Shown piece after piece: positions 61,408-64,000 of a stretch of DNA of 64,000 nucleotides. The notes below the pieces were generated by a model. That model was not told the DNA's origin, ran no database searches, and saw only the letters and a program-made list of their open reading frames with translations. Source of the DNA: Candidatus Levyibacteriota bacterium (lineage in GTDB: Bacteria; Patescibacteriota; Microgenomatia; Levybacterales; UBA12049); the NCBI GenBank assembly GCA_016432345.1, contig CP066685.1, positions 368,236 to 432,235 on the forward strand. Reading direction: 5' to 3'. Every line of letters begins with the position of its first letter. The first letter of the stretch is position 1. The position numbers and the translations under genes were made by a program.

Positions 61408-62677
61408 TATATCTATTGGGATATTAGGTCTATGGCATTTAGGTTTAGTATATGGCGTTTCTCTTGCTAAATCAGGATACAGTGTTTTGGGGTTTGACCA
61501 AGATATTGAAAATATTGCTAAATTAAATAAAGGTGATTTGCCTATTTATGAGCCGAATCTTACAAAATACTGCAAAAAATATTTGCACAAAAACCTACGC
61601 TTTAGTAGCAACGCAGAAGAAGTTATCAAGGGCAAAGATTACATTTTTATTACATTAGATACGCCTGTTAATAATTTAGACGAAATAAACCTAGATTCAT
61701 TGCATTCATTATTTTACTTAGTCGCAAAGTATTCTTCAAAAAAGACTACTATTGTTATTTCAAGTCAGGTTCCAGTTGGTACTACTAGATCATTTATAAA
61801 AAAATTACATCCTAAATCAAAGGTAATTTACTTTCCTGAAAATTTAAAATTAGGAACTGCAATTAATGACTTTCTTAAACCATCAGCAATTGTTTTGGGT
61901 TGTGATGATAAAAAAGTAACAAAGCAGTTTCTAAAAGATTTCCCCATTTTTAGATGCAAAGTTTTGGAATTATCTTTTGAAAGTGCCGAGATGGTAAAAC
62001 ATGCTTTAAATTCTTTTTTGGCCATGAATATAAGTTTTGCCAGTGAAATTTCTGACCTTTGTGAATTATTAAAGGCTGACGCAACAGAAGTATTTTTGGG
62101 ATTAAAAAGTGATCCAAGAGTGAGTTCTACAGCTCCTATCTCTCCAGGTATGGGATTTGCTGGAGGAACTTTGGGTAGAGATATTAAAATATTGATAAAT
62201 CTTGCAAATAATGCAGTCTACAAGACTAAATTACTTAATGCAATTTATGAGGTTAATCAGGATAGACTAAGTTATCTTTTGGGAAAAATAAAAAAAGTCT
62301 ACCCAATACTTAATGGTAAGAAAATTGGCATATTGGGTTTAACGTATAAACCAAATACAAATACGTTGCGGCGATCCCGATCTCTCGAGTTAGCTAATTT
62401 GCTCTTTGGTGAAAAAGCAAAAATAAAAGGTTTTGATCCCGCAATTAACGATCGAGAGTTAGAATCTTTACAAGTTGTCAACTCGTACGAAGAATTGTTA
62501 AAAGATTTAGATTTATTAATTCTTATGACAGAGTGGCCACAATTTAGAAATATCAATCCCAAAACCGCATCCAGTTTAATGGCGGAAAAAATCATTATAG
62601 ATACAAGGAATTTTCTTGATAGACAAAAATATGTAGACAATGGGTTTATCTATTTCGGGAGAGGAAAAGGAGAATGA
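61391..62677 (+). CDS. Nucleotide-sugar 6-dehydrogenase (UDP-glucose/GDP-mannose dehydrogenase family)
   Basis: Start at ATG 61391, or possibly 61376. Motifs IGILGLWHLGLVYG, SAEMVKHALNSFLAMNISFASEISDLCE and GLTYKPNTNTLRRSRS. Confidence 0.75.
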   Translation: MKKKNDISIGILGLWHLGLVYGVSLAKSGYSVLGFDQDIENIAKLNKGDLPIYEPNLTKYCKKYLHKNLRFSSNAEEVIKGKDYIFITLDTPVNNLDEINLDSLHSLFYLVAKYSSKKTTIVISSQVPVGTTRSFIKKLHPKSKVIYFPENLKLGTAINDFLKPSAIVLGCDDKKVTKQFLKDFPIFRCKVLELSFESAEMVKHALNSFLAMNISFASEISDLCELLKADATEVFLGLKSDPRVSSTAPISPGMGFAGGTLGRDIKILINLANNAVYKTKLLNAIYEVNQDRLSYLLGKIKKVYPILNGKKIGILGLTYKPNTNTLRRSRSLELANLLFGEKAKIKGFDPAINDRELESLQVVNSYEELLKDLDLLILMTEWPQFRNINPKTASSLMAEKIIIDTRNFLDRQKYVDNGFIYFGRGKGE

Positions 62678-63660
62678 ATGTCGCGATAATAGGCGCGGGT
62701 CTTATAGGCAGGAAAAGAGCACTAGCCTTGCCAAAAAATGTACACCTGGCGATTGTGTGCGATGTTGATAAAAAAAGAGCAGAAACATTAGCTGCCGAAT
62801 TTGGATGTGGAAGCGAGTGTGATTGGAAAAAGATTATTACAAATCCGCAAATCCATGCTCTTATTATTTCTACTACCAATAAGTATCTTTCAATAATCGG
62901 AGAAGCTGCTATTTTGGCTGGTAAGCATATATTGGTCGAAAAACCAGGAGCGAAGAATTCTAAAGAATTAGAAAAAATTGTTAAAGCCTATCGCAGAAAA
63001 AAGGTGGTAGTCATGTTTGGATTTAATCATCGTTATCACCCGGCAATAGTACAGGCTAAAAATATAATTGATTCCAACAAGTATGGCAACGTTATGTTTA
63101 TTAGAGCCAGGTATGGTCATGGTGGAAGACTGGATTATGAAAAAGAATGGAGGTTTGACAAAAAAATAGCTGGCGGAGGAGAACTCTTGGATCAAGGATC
63201 TCATTTAATTGATTTAGTTAATTTTTTCTGTGGTAAAATGGATAATGTGATTGGTATCACATCTAGTTTTTATTGGAAATCACAACTAGAAGATAGCGCT
63301 TTTTTTATCTTAAGTAATAAAAAGGGACAAGTAGCTCATCTCTGTGCCACTTGTTGCGAATGGAATAATGTTTTTTCTCTGGAGATAATGTTACAGAAAG
63401 CAAAAATTCAGGTGGAGGGTTTAGGAAGAAGTTACGGTAGAGAAAAACTTATCCTTTACAAAAGGAAACCCGAAATGGGTCCAACAGATGCGGAAGAAAT
63501 GCTATTTGATGAAAAAGATGTGTCTTTCGAAATTGAGAACAATTTGTTTTTTCAACGTATTAAAGAGAGAAAATATAGCGATGAAGGCATTCAAGATGCA
63601 TTGTATGTTTTAGATACTGTAGAAAAATTGTATAAAAAAAATCATAGATTTGCATACTAG
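62674..63660 (+). CDS. Gfo/Idh/MocA-family oxidoreductase (second copy)
   Basis: 328 aa. Motifs VAIIGAGLIGRKR and the EKP motif (LVEKPGA). ATGA overlap with the upstream gene. Confidence 0.8.
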   Translation: MNVAIIGAGLIGRKRALALPKNVHLAIVCDVDKKRAETLAAEFGCGSECDWKKIITNPQIHALIISTTNKYLSIIGEAAILAGKHILVEKPGAKNSKELEKIVKAYRRKKVVVMFGFNHRYHPAIVQAKNIIDSNKYGNVMFIRARYGHGGRLDYEKEWRFDKKIAGGGELLDQGSHLIDLVNFFCGKMDNVIGITSSFYWKSQLEDSAFFILSNKKGQVAHLCATCCEWNNVFSLEIMLQKAKIQVEGLGRSYGREKLILYKRKPEMGPTDAEEMLFDEKDVSFEIENNLFFQRIKERKYSDEGIQDALYVLDTVEKLYKKNHRFAY

Positions 63661-63678
63661 GTAATGACAGTTTATAAT
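63650..63678 (+). promoter_or_regulatory. Candidate sigma70-type promoter TTGCAT-17 nt-TATAAT
   Basis: TTGCAT at 63650-63655, a 17-nt spacer and TATAAT at 63673-63678. AGGAAA (63691-63696) lies 5 nt before the ATG at 63702. This is the only junction downstream of 43180 where I saw both hexamers. Such a match can arise by chance in AT-rich DNA. Confidence 0.35.
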
Positions 63679-63701
63679 TACGTTTCTGTCAGGAAATTAA
63701 T

Positions 63702-64000
63702 ATGATTACAACAAGAACTCCTTTGAGGATACCAATTGGCGGCGGTGGAACAGACTTGCCAGGTTTCTATTCTAAATACGGCTCTTTCTTTATAAGTGCT
63801 GCAATTGATTATTATATATACATTGTCGTAAAACGCCGCCCAGTTAGAGGGATAAAAGTAGCCTATATGCAAACAGAAGAGGTGCAAAGAATAGAAGAGA
63901 TCAAACATCGTATAGCTAAGGCTGCTTTACAATATTTGCATATCAGTGTAGATCGGGGTCTTGAAATTGTGTCTATAGGTGATTTTCCGGCTGGAACTGG
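63702..64000 (+). CDS. GHMP-family sugar kinase, second HddA-like paralog (partial; the 3' end lies outside the window)
   Basis: It is not in the ORF track because it has no stop in the window. ATG 63702 gives MITTRTPLRIPIGGGGTDLPGFYSKYG, matching the N-terminal signature of 58080..59060. Confidence 0.7.
   Translation, partial: MITTRTPLRIPIGGGGTDLPGFYSKYGSFFISAAIDYYIYIVVKRRPVRGIKVAYMQTEEVQRIEEIKHRIAKAALQYLHISVDRGLEIVSIGDFPAGT

Noticed and set aside
1-64000. A search by eye for rRNA, tRNA, CRISPR arrays, IS elements, transposases, integrases, phage genes and signs of an alternative genetic code.
   Set aside because: No intergenic space exceeds 56 nt apart from the first 13 nt before gene 1. 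I saw no repeat-spacer architecture and no recombinase-like ORF. Genes terminate normally at TGA, TAA and TAG, which is consistent with the standard bacterial code.

Overview
This window is visibly AT-rich and almost entirely coding. I call 55 CDS (2 partial), 51 on the + strand and 4 on the - strand. I could not recognise any rRNA, tRNA, CRISPR array, transposase or integrase. The whole 64 kb reads as one cell-surface glycosylation island with four parts.

(1) Bases 1-43152 hold 22 large polytopic membrane proteins, about 35.6 kb of coding sequence. By shared motifs they sort into at least five GT-C-type families: YfhO-type x3, PMT_2/GT39-type x6, ArnT-like x4, HDGxxH..PRW 'PTPS-related'/COG5617-type x3 and DUF2029/GT87-like x3, plus 3 unclassified. 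They are interleaved with small GT2 enzymes that look like polyprenyl-phosphate-sugar synthases. An inverted three-gene cassette (Gfo/Idh/MocA, LbH acetyltransferase, DegT aminotransferase) is typical of 2,3-diacetamido-sugar synthesis.

(2) Bases 43180-54367 are a more conventional cytoplasmic assembly block: GT4 x3-4, GT2 x3, a Wzx-like flippase, two SDR epimerase/dehydratases and a SAM methyltransferase.

(3) Bases 54373-59743 carry a complete GDP-D-glycero-alpha-D-manno-heptose pathway: GmhA, HddA and a fused HddC-GmhB. Next to it sit three tailoring enzymes (an SDR, an RmlC-like cupin and an atypical SDR).

(4) Bases 60042-64000 start a second nucleotide-sugar module that runs off the window.

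The most unusual signal is a set of non-triplet tandem repeats inside five of the GT-C genes, with units of 7 or 14 nt. They sit at homologous loops and occur in perfect, decayed or absent states among paralogs. The identical (CTATACG)x4 tract appears in two different families. This looks like slipped-strand contingency switching of an extracytoplasmic glycosylation repertoire, but it needs population data to confirm.

The genome style (AT-rich, tightly coupled genes, GT39 expansions, DUF5667-like secreted proteins) suggests a CPR/Patescibacteria-like organism. That is inference only. All functional calls rest on motif recognition by eye, not on database searches.
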